Below are positions 50,601 through 63,350 of a stretch of 64,000 bases of DNA, in pieces. Origin of the DNA: the human T2T-CHM13v2.0 reference genome, Homo sapiens; NCBI RefSeq assembly GCF_009914755.1, contig NC_060925.1. One strand, 5' to 3'. The notes below the pieces were generated by a model that worked only from the letters and a program-made list of their open reading frames with translations, was not told the DNA's origin and ran no database searches. Within the stretch, counting starts at the first letter, position 1. The number at the start of each line of letters is the position of its first letter. A program made the translations under genes and the position numbers.

Positions 50601-53600
50601 CAGCCGCTTTGAGGTCAATAGTAGAAAAGGAAATATCTTCGTAGAAAAACTAGACAGAATGATTCTCAGAAACTCCTTTGTGATGTGTGTGTTCAACTCA
50701 CAGAGTTTAACCTTTCTTTTCATAGAGCAGTTAGGAAACACTCTGTTTGTAAAGTCTGCAAGTGGATATTCAGACCTCGTTGAGGCCTTCGTTGGAAACG
50801 GGATTTCTTCATATTCTGCTAGACAGAAGAATTCTCAGTAACTTCCTTGTGTTGTGTTTATTCAACTCACAGAGTTGAATGATCCTTTACACAGAGCAGA
50901 CTTGAAACACTCTTTTTGTGGAATTTGCAAGTGGAGATTTCAGCCGCTTTGTGGTCAATGGTAGAAAAGGAAATATCTTCGTATAAAGACTAGACAGAAT
51001 GATTCTCAGAAACTCCTTTGTGATGTGTGCGTTCAACTCACAGAGTTTAACCTTTCTGTTCATAGAGCTGTTAGGAAACACTCTGTTTGTAAAGTCTGCA
51101 AGTGGATATTCAGACCTCCTTGAGGCCTTCGTTGGAAACGGGATTTCTTCATATTCTGCTAGACAGAAGAATTCTCAGTAACTTCCTTGTGTTGTGTGTA
51201 TTCAACTCACAGAGTTGAACGATCCTTTACACAGAGCAGACTTGAAACACTCTTTTTGTGGAATTTGCAAGTGGAGATTTCAGCCGCTTTGAGGTCAATG
51301 GTAGAAAAGGAAATATCTTCGTATAAAGACTAGACAGAATGATTCTCAGAAACTCCTTTGTGATGTGTGCGTTCAACTCACAGAGTTTAACTTTTCTTTT
51401 CATAGAGCAGTTAGGAAACACTCTGTTTGTAAAGTCTGCAAGTGGATATTCAGACCTCTTTGAGGCCTTCGTTGGAAACGGGATTTCTTCATATTATGCT
51501 AGACAGAAGAATTCTCAGTAACTTCCTTGTGTTGTGTGTATTCAACTCACAGAGTTGAACGATCCTTTACACAGAGCAGACTAGAAACATTCTTTTTGTG
51601 GAATTTGCAAGTGGAGATTTCAGCCGCTTTGAGGTCAATGGTAGAATAGGAAATATCATCCTATAGAAACTAGACAGAACGATTCTCAGAAACTCCTTTG
51701 TGATGTGTGCGTTCAACTCACAGAGTTTAACCTTTCTTTTCATAGAGCAGTTAGGAAACACTCTGTTTGTAAAGTCTGCAAGTGGATATTCAGACCTCTT
51801 TGAGGCCTTCGTTGGAAACGGGATTTCTTCATATTCTGCTAGACAGAAGAATTCTCAGTAACTTCCTTGTGTTGTGTGTATTCAACTCACAGAGTTGAAC
51901 GATCCTTTACACAGAGCAGACTTGAAACACTCTATTTGTAGAATTTGCAAGTGGAGATTTCAGCCGCTTTGAGGTCAGTAGTAGAAAAGGAAATATCTTC
52001 GTGGAAAAACTAGACAGAATGATTCTCAGAAACTCCTTTGTGATGTGTGTGTTCAACTCACAGAGTTTAACCTTTCTTTTCATAGAGCAGTTAGTAAACA
52101 CTCTGTTTATAAAGTCTGCAAGTGGATATTCAGACCCCTTTGAGGCCTTCGTTGGAAACGGGATTTCTTCATATTATGCTAGACAGAAGAATTCTCAGTA
52201 ACTTCCTTGTGTTGTGTGTATTCAACTGACAGAGTTGAACTTTCATTTAGAGAGAGCAGATTTGAAACACTGTTTTTGTGGAATTTGCAAGTGGAGATTT
52301 CAAGCGCTTTGGGGCCAAAGGCAGAAAAGGAAATATCTTCGTATAAAAACTAGACAGAATCATTCTCAGAAACTGCTGCGTGATGTGTGCGTTCAACTCT
52401 CAGAGTTTAACTTTTCTTTTCATTCAGCGGTTTGGAAACACTCTGTTTGTAAAGTCTGCACGTGGAAATTTTGACCACTTAGAGGCCTTCGTTGGAAACG
52501 GGTTTTTTTCATGTAAGGCTAGACAGAAGAATTCCCAGTAACTTCCTTGTGTTGTGTGCATTCAACTCACAGAGTTGAACGTTCCCTTAGACAGAGCAGA
52601 TTTGAAACACTCTATTTGTGCAATTTGCAAGTGTAGTTTTCAAGCTCTTTTAGGTCAACGGCAGAAAAGGAAATATCTTGGTTTCAAAACTAGACAGAAT
52701 CATTCCCACAAACTGCGTTGTGATGTGTTCGTTCAACTCACAGAGTTTAACCTTTCTGTTCATAGAGCAGTTAGGAAACACTCTGTTTGTAAAGTCTGTA
52801 AGTGGATATTCTGACATCTTGTGGCCTTCGTTGGGAACGGGATTTCTTCATATTCTGCTAGACAGAAGAATTCTCAGTAACTTCCTTGTGTTGTGTGTAT
52901 TCAACTCACAGAGTTGAACGATCCTTTACACAGAGCAGACTTGAAACATTCTTTTTGTGGAATTTGCAAGTGGAGATTTCAGCCGCTTTGAGGTCAATGG
53001 TAGAATAGGAAATATCTTCATATAGAAACTAGACAGAACGATTCTCAGAAACTCCTTTGTGATGTGTGCGTTCAACTCACAGAGTTTAACCTTTCTTTTC
53101 ATAGAGCAGTTAGGAAACACTCTGTTTGTAAAGTCTGCAAGTGGATATTCAGACCTCTTTGAGGCCTTCGTTGGAAACGGGATTTCTTCATATTCTGCTA
53201 GACAGAAGAATTCTCAGTAACTTCCTTGTGTTGTGTGTATTCAACTCACAGAGTTGAACGATCCTTTACACAGAGCAGACTTGAAACACTCTTTTTGTGG
53301 AATTTGCAAGTGGAGATTTCAGCCGCTTTGAGGTCAATGGTAGAAAAGGAAATATCTTCGTATAAAGACTAGACAGAATGATTCTCAGAAACTCCTTTGT
53401 GATGTGTGCGTTCAACTCACAGAGTTTAACTTTTCTTTTCATAGAGCAGTTAGGAAACACTCTGTTTGTAAAGTCTGCAAGTGGATATTCAGACCTCTTT
53501 GAGGCCTTCGTTGGAAACGGGATTTCTTCATATTATGCTAGACAGAAGAATTCTCAGTAACTTCCTTGTGTTGTGTGTATTCAACTCACAGAGTTGAACG

Positions 53601-56600
53601 ATCCTTTACACAGAGCAGACTAGAAACATTCTTTTTGTGGAATTTGCAAGTGGAGATTTCAGCCGCTTTGAGGTCAATGGTAGAATAGGAAATATCTTCC
53701 TATAGAAACTAGACAGAACGATTCTCAGAAACTCCTTTGTGATGTGTGCGTTCAACTCACAGAGTTTAACCTTTCTTTTCATAGAGCAGTTAGGAAACAC
53801 TCTGTTTGTAAAGTCTGCAAGTGGATATTCAGACCTCTTTGAGGCCTTCGTTGGAAACGGGATTTCTTCATATTCTGCTAGACAGAAGAATTCTCAGTAA
53901 CTTTCTTGTGTTGTGTGTATTCAACTCACAGAGTTGAACGATCCTTTACACAGAGCAGACTTGAAACACTCTATTTGTAGAATTTGCAAGTGGAGATTTC
54001 AGCCGCTTTGAGGTCAGTAGTAGAAAAGGAAATATCTTCGTGGAAAAACTAGACAGAATGATTCTCAGAAACTCCTTTGTGATGTGTGTGTTCAACTCAC
54101 AGAGTTTAACCTTTCTTTTCATAGAGCAGTTAGTAAACACTCTGTTTATAAAGTCTGCAAGTGGATATTCAGACCCCTTTGAGGCCTTCGTTGGAAACGG
54201 GATTTCTTCATATTATGCTAGACAGAAGAATTCTCAGTAACTTCCTTGTGTTGTGTGTATTCAACTGACAGAGTTGAACTTTCATTTAGAGAGAGCAGAT
54301 TTGAAACACTGTTTTTGTGGAATTTGCAAGTGGAGATTTCAAGCGCTTTGGGGCCAAAGGCAGAAAAGGAAATATCTTCGTATAAAAACTAGACAGAATC
54401 ATTCTCAGAAACTGCTGCGTGATGTGTGCGTTCAACTCTCAGAGTTTAACTTTTCTTTTCATTCAGCAGTTTGGAAACACTCTGTTTGTAAAGTCTGCAC
54501 GTGGAAATTTTGACCACTTAGAGGCCTTCGTTGGAAACGGGTTTTTTTCATGTAAGGCTAGACAGAAGAATTCCCAGTAACTTCCTTGTGTTGTGTGCAT
54601 TCAACTCACAGAGTTGAACGTTCCCTTAGACAGAGCAGATTTGAAACACTCTATTTGTGCAATTTGCAAGTGTAGTTTTCAAGCTCTTTTAGGTCAACGG
54701 CAGAAAAGGAAATATCTTGGTTTCAAAACTAGACAGAATCATTCCCACAAACTGCGTTGTGATGTGTTCGTTCAACTCACAGAGTTTAACCTTTCTGTTC
54801 ATAGAGCAGTTAGGAAACACTCTGTTTGTAAAGTCTGTAAGTGGATATTCTGACATCTTGTGGCCTTCGTTGGGAACGGGATTTCTTCATATTCTGCTAG
54901 ACAGAAGAATTCTCAGTAACTTCCTTGTGTTGTGTGTATTCAACTCACAGAGTTGAACGATCCTTTACACAGAGCAGACTTGAAACATTCTTTTTGTGGA
55001 ATTTGCAAGTGGAGATTTCAGCCGCTTTGAGGTCAATGGTAGAATAGGAAATATCTTCATATAGAAACTAGACAGAACGATTCTCAGAAACTCCTTTGTG
55101 ATGTGTGCGTTCAACTCACAGAGTTTAACCTTTCTTTTCATAGAGCAGTTAGGAAACACTCTGTTTGTAAAGTCTGCAAGTGGATATTCAGACCTCTTTG
55201 AGGCCTTCGTTGGAAACGGGATTTCTTCATATTCTGCTAGACAGAAGAATTCTCAGTAACTTCCTTGTGTTGTGTGTATTCAACTCACAGAGTTGAACGA
55301 TCCTTTACACAGAGCAGACTTGAAACACTCTTTTTGTGGAATTTGCAAGTGGAGATTTCAGCCGCTTTGAGGTCAATAGTAGAAAAGGAAATATCTTCGT
55401 AGAAAAACTAGACAGAATGATTCTCAGAAACTCCTTTGTGATGTGTGTGTTCAACTCACAGAGTTTAACCTTTCTTTTCATAGAGCAGTTAGGAAACGCT
55501 CTGTTTGTAAAGTCTGCAAGTGGATATTCAGACCTCGTTGAGACCTTCGTTGGAAACGGGATTTCTTCATATTCTGCTAGACAGAAGAATTCTCAGTAAC
55601 TTCCTTGTGTTGTGTTTATTCAACTCACAGAGTTGAATGATCCTTTACACAGAGCAGACTTGAAACACTCTTTTTGTGGAATTTGCAAGTGGAGATTTCA
55701 GCCGCTTTTTGGTCAATGGTAGAAAAGGAAATATCTTCGTATAAAGACTAGACAGAATGATTCTCAGAAACTCCTTTGTGATGTGTGCGTTCAACTCACA
55801 GAGTTTAACCTTTCTGTTCATAGAGCTGTTAGGAAACACTCTGTTTGTAAAGTCTGCAAGTGGATATTCAGACCTCCTTGAGGCCTTCGTTGGAAACGGG
55901 ATTTCTTCATATTCTGCTAGACAGAAGAATTCTCAGTAACTTCCTTGTGTTGTGTGTATTCAACTCACAGAGTTGAACGATCCTTTACACAGAGCAGACT
56001 TGAAACATTCTTTTTGTGGAATTTGCAAGTGGAGATTTCAGCCGCTTTGAGGTCAATGGTAGAATAGGAAATATCTTCCTATAGAAACTAGACAGAACGA
56101 TTCTCAGAAACTCCTTTGTGATGTGTGCGTTCAACTCACAGAGTTTAACCTTTCTTTTCATAGAGCAGTTAGGAAACACTCTGTTTGTAAAGTCTGCAAG
56201 TGGATATTCAGACCTCTTTGAGGCCTTCGTTGGAAACGGGATTTCTTCATATTCTGCTAGACAGAAGAATTCTCAGTAACTTCCTTGTGTTGTGTGTATT
56301 CAACTCACAGAGTTGAACGATCCTTTACACAGAGCAGACTTGAAACACTCTTTTTGTGGAATTTGCAAGTGGAGATTTCAGCCGCTTTGAGGTCAATAGT
56401 AGAAAAGGAAATATCTTCGTAGAAAAACTAGACAGAATGATTCTCAGAAACTCCTTTGTGATGTGTGTGTTCAACTCACAGAGTTTAACCTTTCTTTTCA
56501 TAGAGCAGTTAGGAAACACTCTGTTTGTAAAGTCTGCAAGTGGATATTCAGACCTCGTTGAGGCCTTCGTTGGAAACGGGATTTCTTCATATTCTGCTAG

Positions 56601-58985
56601 ACAGAAGAATTCTCAGTAACTTCCTTGTGTTGTGTTTATTCAACTCACAGAGTTGAATGATCCTTTACACAGAGCAGACTTGAAACACTCTTTTTGTGGA
56701 ATTTGCAAGTGGAGATTTCAGCCGCTTTGTGGTCAATGGTAGAAAAGGAAATATCTTCGTATAAAGACTAGACAGAATGATTCTCAGAAACTCCTTTGTG
56801 ATGTGTGCGTTCAACTCACAGAGTTTAACCTTTCTGTTCATAGAGCTGTTAGGAAACACTCTGTTTGTAAAGTCTGCAAGTGGATATTCAGACCTCCTTG
56901 AGGCCTTCGTTGGAAACGGGATTTCTTCATATTCTGCTAGACAGAAGAATTCTCAGTAACTTCCTTGTGTTGTGTGTATTCAACTCACAGAGTTGAACGA
57001 TCCTTTACACAGAGCAGACTTGAAACACTCTTTTTGTGGAATTTGCAAGTGGAGATTTCAGCCGCTTTGAGGTCAATGGTAGAAAAGGAAATATCTTCGT
57101 ATAAAGACTAGACAGAATGATTCTCAGAAACTCCTTTGTGATGTGTGCGTTCAACTCACAGAGTTTAACTTTTCTTTTCATAGAGCAGTTAGGAAACACT
57201 CTGTTTGTAAAGTCTGCAAGTGGATATTCAGACCTCTTTGAGGCCTTCGTTGGAAACGGGATTTCTTCATATTATGCTAGACAGAAGAATTCTCAGTAAC
57301 TTCCTTGTGTTGTGTGTATTCAACTCACAGAGTTGAACGATCCTTTACACAGAGCAGACTAGAAACATTCTTTTTGTGGAATTTGCAAGTGGAGATTTCA
57401 GCCGCTTTGAGGTCAATGGTAGAATAGGAAATATCATCCTATAGAAACTAGACAGAACGATTCTCAGAAACTCCTTTGTGATGTGTGCGTTCAACTCACA
57501 GAGTTTAACCTTTCTTTTCATAGAGCAGTTAGGAAACACTCTGTTTGTAAAGTCTGCAAGTGGATATTCAGACCTCTTTGAGGCCTTCGTTGGAAACGGG
57601 ATTTCTTCATATTCTGCTAGACAGAAGAATTCTCAGTAACTTCCTTGTGTTGTGTGTATTCAACTCACAGAGTTGAACGATCCTTTACACAGAGCAGACT
57701 TGAAACACTCTATTTGTAGAATTTGCAAGTGGAGATTTCAGCCGCTTTGAGGTCAGTAGTAGAAAAGGAAATATCTTCGTGGAAAAACTAGACAGAATGA
57801 TTCTCAGAAACTCCTTTGTGATGTGTGTGTTCAACTCACAGAGTTTAACCTTTCTTTTCATAGAGCAGTTAGTAAACACTCTGTTTATAAAGTCTGCAAG
57901 TGGATATTCAGACCCCTTTGAGGCCTTCGTTGGAAACGGGATTTCTTCATATTATGCTAGACAGAAGAATTCTCAGTAACTTCCTTGTGTTGTGTGTATT
58001 CAACTGACAGAGTTGAACTTTCATTTAGAGAGAGCAGATTTGAAACACTGTTTTTGTGGAATTTGCAAGTGGAGATTTCAAGCGCTTTGGGGCCAAAGGC
58101 AGAAAAGGAAATATCTTCGTATAAAAACTAGACAGAATCATTCTCAGAAACTGCTGCGTGATGTGTGCGTTCAACTCTCAGAGTTTAACTTTTCTTTTCA
58201 TTCAGCGGTTTGGAAACACTCTGTTTGTAAAGTCTGCACGTGGAAATTTTGACCACTTAGAGGCCTTCGTTGGAAACGGGTTTTTTTCATGTAAGGCTAG
58301 ACAGAAGAATTCCCAGTAACTTCCTTGTGTTGTGTGCATTCAACTCACAGAGTTGAACGTTCCCTTAGACAGAGCAGATTTGAAACACTCTATTTGTGCA
58401 ATTTGCAAGTGTAGTTTTCAAGCTCTTTTAGGTCAACGGCAGAAAAGGAAATATCTTGGTTTCAAAACTAGACAGAATCATTCCCACAAACTGCGTTGTG
58501 ATGTGTTCGTTCAACTCACAGAGTTTAACCTTTCTGTTCATAGAGCAGTTAGGAAACACTCTGTTTGTAAAGTCTGTAAGTGGATATTCTGACATCTTGT
58601 GGCCTTCGTTGGGAACGGGATTTCTTCATATTCTGCTAGACAGAAGAATTCTCAGTAACTTCCTTGTGTTGTGTGTATTCAACTCACAGAGTTGAACGAT
58701 CCTTTACACAGAGCAGACTTGAAACATTCTTTTTGTGGAATTTGCAAGTGGAGATTTCAGCCGCTTTGAGGTCAATGGTAGAATAGGAAATATCTTCATA
58801 TAGAAACTAGACAGAACGATTCTCAGAAACTCCTTTGTGATGTGTGCGTTCAACTCACAGAGTTTAACCTTTCTTTTCATAGAGCAGTTAGGAAACACTC
58901 TGTTTGTAAAGTCTGCAAGTGGATATTCAGACCTCTTTGAGGCCTTCGTTGGAAACGGGATTTCTTCATATTCTGCTAGACAGAA
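41650..58985 (+). repeat. Three tandem copies of a 5,778 bp (34-monomer) super-HOR made of a 22-mer plus a 12-mer
   Basis: ORF series 41710/47488/53266, 42697/48475/54253, 43780/49558/55336, 45789/51567/57345 and 46436/52214/57992 all step by 5,778. Confidence 0.92.
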
Positions 58986-58999
58986 GAATTCTCAGTAAC

Positions 59000-61900
59000 T
59001 TCCTTGTGTTGTGTGTATTCAACTCACAGAGTTGAACGATCCTTTACACAGAGCAGACTTGAAACACTCTTTTTGTGGAATTTGCAAGTGGAGATTTCAG
59101 CCGCTTTGTGGTCAACGGTAGAAAAGGAAATATCTTCGTATAAAGACTAGACAGAATGATTCTCAGAAACTCCTTTGTGATGTGTGCGTTCAACTCACAG
59201 AGTTTAACCTTTCTGTTCATAGAGCTGTTAGGAAACACTCTGTTTGTAAAGTCTGCAAGTGGATATTCAGACCTCCTTGAGGCCTTCGTTGGAAACGGGA
59301 TTTCTTCATATTTTGCTAGACAGAAGAATTCTCAGTAACTTCCTTGTGTTGTGTGTATTCAACTCACAGAGTTGAACGATCCTTTACACAGAGCAGACTT
59401 GAAACATTCTTTTTGTGGAATTTGCAAGTGGAGATTTCAGCCGCTTTGAGGTCAATGGTAGAATAGGAAATATCTTCCTATAGAAACTAGACAGAACGAT
59501 TCTCAGAAACTCCTTTGTGATGTGTGCGTTTAACTCACAGAGTTTAACCTTTCTTTTCATAGAGCAGTTAGGAAACACTCTGTTTGTAAAGTCTGCAAGT
59601 GGATATTCAGACCCCTTTGAGGCCTTCGTTGGAAACGGGATTTCTTCATATTCTGCTAGACAGAAGAATTCTCAGTAACTTCCTTGTGTTGTGTGTATTC
59701 AACTCACAGAGTTGAACGATCCTTTACACAGAGCAGACTTGAAACACTCTTTTTGTGGAGTTTGCAAGTGGAGATTTCAGCCGCTTTGAGGTCAATAGTA
59801 GAAAAGGAAATATCTTCGTAGAAAAACTAGACAGAATGATTCTCAGAAACTCCTTTGTGATGTGTGTGTTCAACTCACAGAGTTTAACCTTTCTTTTCAT
59901 AGAGCAGTTAGGAAACACTCTGTTTGTAAAGTCTGCAAGTGGATATTCAGACCTCGTTGAGGCCTTCGTTGGAAACGGGATTTCTTCATATTCTGCTAGA
60001 CAGAAGAATTCTCAGTAACTTCCTTGTGTTGTGTTTATTCAACTCACAGAGTTGAATGATCCTTTACACAGAGCAGACTTGAAACACTCTTTTTGTGGAA
60101 TTTGCAAGTGGAGATTTCAGCCGCTTTGTGGTCAATGGTAGAAAAGGAAATATCTTCGTATAAAGACTAGACAGAATGATTCTCAGAAACTCCTTTGTGA
60201 TGTGTGCGTTCAACTCACAGAGTTTAACCTTTCTGTTCATAGAGGTGTTAGGAAACACTCTGTTTGTAAAGTCTGCAAGTGGATATTCAGACCTCCTTGA
60301 GGCCTTCGTTGGAAACGGGATTTCTTCATATTCTGCTAGACAGAAGAATTCTCAGTAACTTCCTTGTGTTGTGTGTATTCAACTCACAGAGTTGAACGAT
60401 CCTTTACACAGAGCAGACTTGAAACACTCTTTTTGTGGAATTTGCAAGTGGAGATTTCAGCCGCTTTGAGGTCAATGGTAGAAAAGGAAATATCTTCGTA
60501 TAAAGACTAGACAGAATGATTCTCAGAAACTCCTTTGTGATGTGTGCGTTCAACTCACAGAGTTTAACTTTTCTTTTCATAGAGCAGTTAGGAAACACTC
60601 TGTTTGTAAAGTCTGCAAGTGGATATTCAGACCTCCTTGAGGCCTTCGGTGGAAACGGTATTTCTTCATATTCTGCTAGACAGAAGAATTCTCAGTAACT
60701 TCCTTGTGTTGTGTGTATTCAACTCACAGAGTTGAACGATCCTTTACACAGAGCAGACTAGAAACATTCTTTTTGTGGAATTTGCAAGTGGAGATTTCAG
60801 CCGCTTTGAGGTCAATGGTAGAATAGGAAATATCTTCCTATAGAAACTAGACAGAACGATTCTCAGAAACTCCTTTGTGATGTGTGCGTTCAACTCACAG
60901 AGTTTAACCTTTCTTTTCATAGAGCAGTTAGGAAACACTCTGTTTGTAAAGTCTGCAAGTGGATATTCAGACCTCTTTGAGGCCTTCGTTGGAAACGGGA
61001 TTTCTTCATATTCTGCTAGACAGAAGAATTCTCAGTAACTTTCTTGTGTTGTGTGTATTCAACTCACAGAGTTGAACGATCCTTTACACAGAGCAGACTT
61101 GAAACACTCTATTTGTAGAATTTGCAAGTGGAGATTTCAGCCGCTTTGAGGTCAGTAGTAGAAAAGGAAATATCTTCGTGGAAAAACTAGACAGAATGAT
61201 TCTCAGAAACTCCTTTGTGATGTGTGTGTTCAACTCACAGAGTTTAACCTTACTTTTCATAGAGCAGTTAGTAAACACTCTGTTTATAAAGTCTGCAAGT
61301 GGATATTCAGACCCCTTTGAGGCCTTCGTTGGAAACGGGATTTCTTCATATTATGCTAGACAGAAGAATTCTCAGTAACTTCCTTGTGTTGTGTGTATTC
61401 AACTGACAGAGTTGAACTTTCATTTAGAGAGAGCAGATTTGAAACACTGTTTTTGTGGAATTTGCAAGTGGAGATTTCAAGCGCTTTGGGGCCAAAGGCA
61501 GAAAAGGAAATATCTTCGTATAAAAACTAGACAGAATCATTCTCAGAAACTGCTGCGTGATGTGTGCGTTCAACTCTCAGAGTTTAACTTTTCTTTTCAT
61601 TCAGCAGTTTGGAAACACTCTGTTTGTAAAGTCTGCACGTGGAAATTTTGACCACTTAGAGGCCTTCGTTGGAAACGGGTTTTTTTCATGTAAGGCTAGA
61701 CAGAAGAATTCCCAGTAACTTCCTTGTGGTGTGTGCATTCAACTCACAGAGTTGAACGTTCCCTTAGACAGAGCAGATTTGAAACACTCTATTTGTGCAA
61801 TTTGCAAGTGTAGTTTTCAAGCTCTTTTAGGTCAACGGCAGAAAAGGAAATATCTTGGTTTCAAAACTAGACAGAATGATTCCCACAAACTGCGTTGTGA

Positions 61901-63350
61901 TGTGTTCGTTCAACTCACAGAGTTTAACCTTTCTGTTCATAGAGCAGTTAGGAAACACTCTGTTTGTAAAGTCTGTAAGTGGATATTCTGACATCTTGTG
62001 GCCTTCGTTGGGAACGGGATTTCTTCATATTCTGCTAGACAGAAGAATTCTCAGTAACTTCCTTGTGTTGTGTGTATTCAACTCACAGAGTTGAACGATC
62101 CTTTACACAGAGCAGACTTGAAACATTCTTTTTGTGGAATTTGCAAGTGGAGATTTCAGCCGCTTTGAGGTCAATGGTAGAATAGGAAATATCTTCATAT
62201 AGAAACTAGACAGAACGATTCTCAGAAACTCCTTTGTGATGTGTGCGTTCAACTCACAGAGTTTAACCTTTCTTTTCATAGAGCAGTTAGGAAACACTCT
62301 GTTTGTAAAGTCTGCAAGTGGATATTCAGACCTCTTTGAGGCCTTCGTTGGAAACGGGATTTCTTCATATTCTGCTAGACAGAAGAATTCTCAGTAACTT
62401 CCTTGTGTTGTGTGTATTCAACTCACAGAGTTGAACGATCCTTTACACAGAGCAGACTTGAAACACTCTTTTTGTGGAATTTGCAAGTGGAGATTTCAGC
62501 CGCTTTGAGGTCAATAGTAGAAAAGGAAATATCTTCGTAGAAAACTAGACAGAATGATTCTCAGAAACTCCTTTGTGATGTGTGTGTTCAACTCACAGAG
62601 TTTAACCTTTCTTTTCATAGAGCAGTTAGGAAACGCTCTGTTTGTAAAGTCTGCAAGTGGATATTCAGACCTCGTTGAGACCTTCGTTGGAAACGGGATT
62701 TCTTCATATTCTGCTAGACAGAAGAATTCTCAGTAACTTCCTTGTGTTGTGTTTATTCAACTCACAGAGTTGAATGATCCTTTACACAGAGCAGACTTGA
62801 AACACTCTTTTTGTGGAATTTGCAAGTGGAGATTTCAGCCGCTTTGTGGTCAATGGTAGAAAAGGAAATATCTTCGTATAAAGACTAGACAGAATGATTC
62901 TCAGAAACTCCTTTGTGATGTGTGCGTTCAACTCACAGAGTTTAACCTTTCTGTTCATAGAGCTGTTAGGAAACACTCTGTTTGTAAAGTCTGCAAGTGG
63001 ATATTCAGACCTCCTTGAGGCCTTCGTTGGAAACGGGATTTCTTCATATTCTGCTAGACAGAAGAATTCTCAGTAACTTCCTTGTGTTGTGTGTATTCAA
63101 CTCACAGAGTTGAACGATCCTTTACACAGAGCAGACTTGAAACATTCTTTTTGTGGAATTTGCAAGTGGAGATTTCAGCCGCTTTGAGGTCAATGGTAGA
63201 ATAGGAAATATCTTCCTATAGAAACTAGACAGAACGATTCTCAGAAACTCCTTTGTGATGTGTGCGTTCAACTCACAGAGTTTAACCTTTCTTTTCATAG
63301 AGCAGTTAGGAAACACTCTGTTTGTAATGTCTGCAAGTGGATATTCAGAC
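59000..63350 (+). repeat. Direct copy of ~20250-24600 (offset 38,749 bp)
   Basis: ORF pairs 20407/59156, 21006/59755, 21427/60176 (variant tagaggtgtt seen only in these two) and 22642/61391. Confidence 0.82.

Noticed and set aside
62535-62550. 1 bp deletion in an A run (cgtagaaaactag versus cgtagaaaaactag)
   Set aside because: A singleton homopolymer change that could be slippage or a sequencing error; no structural consequence.
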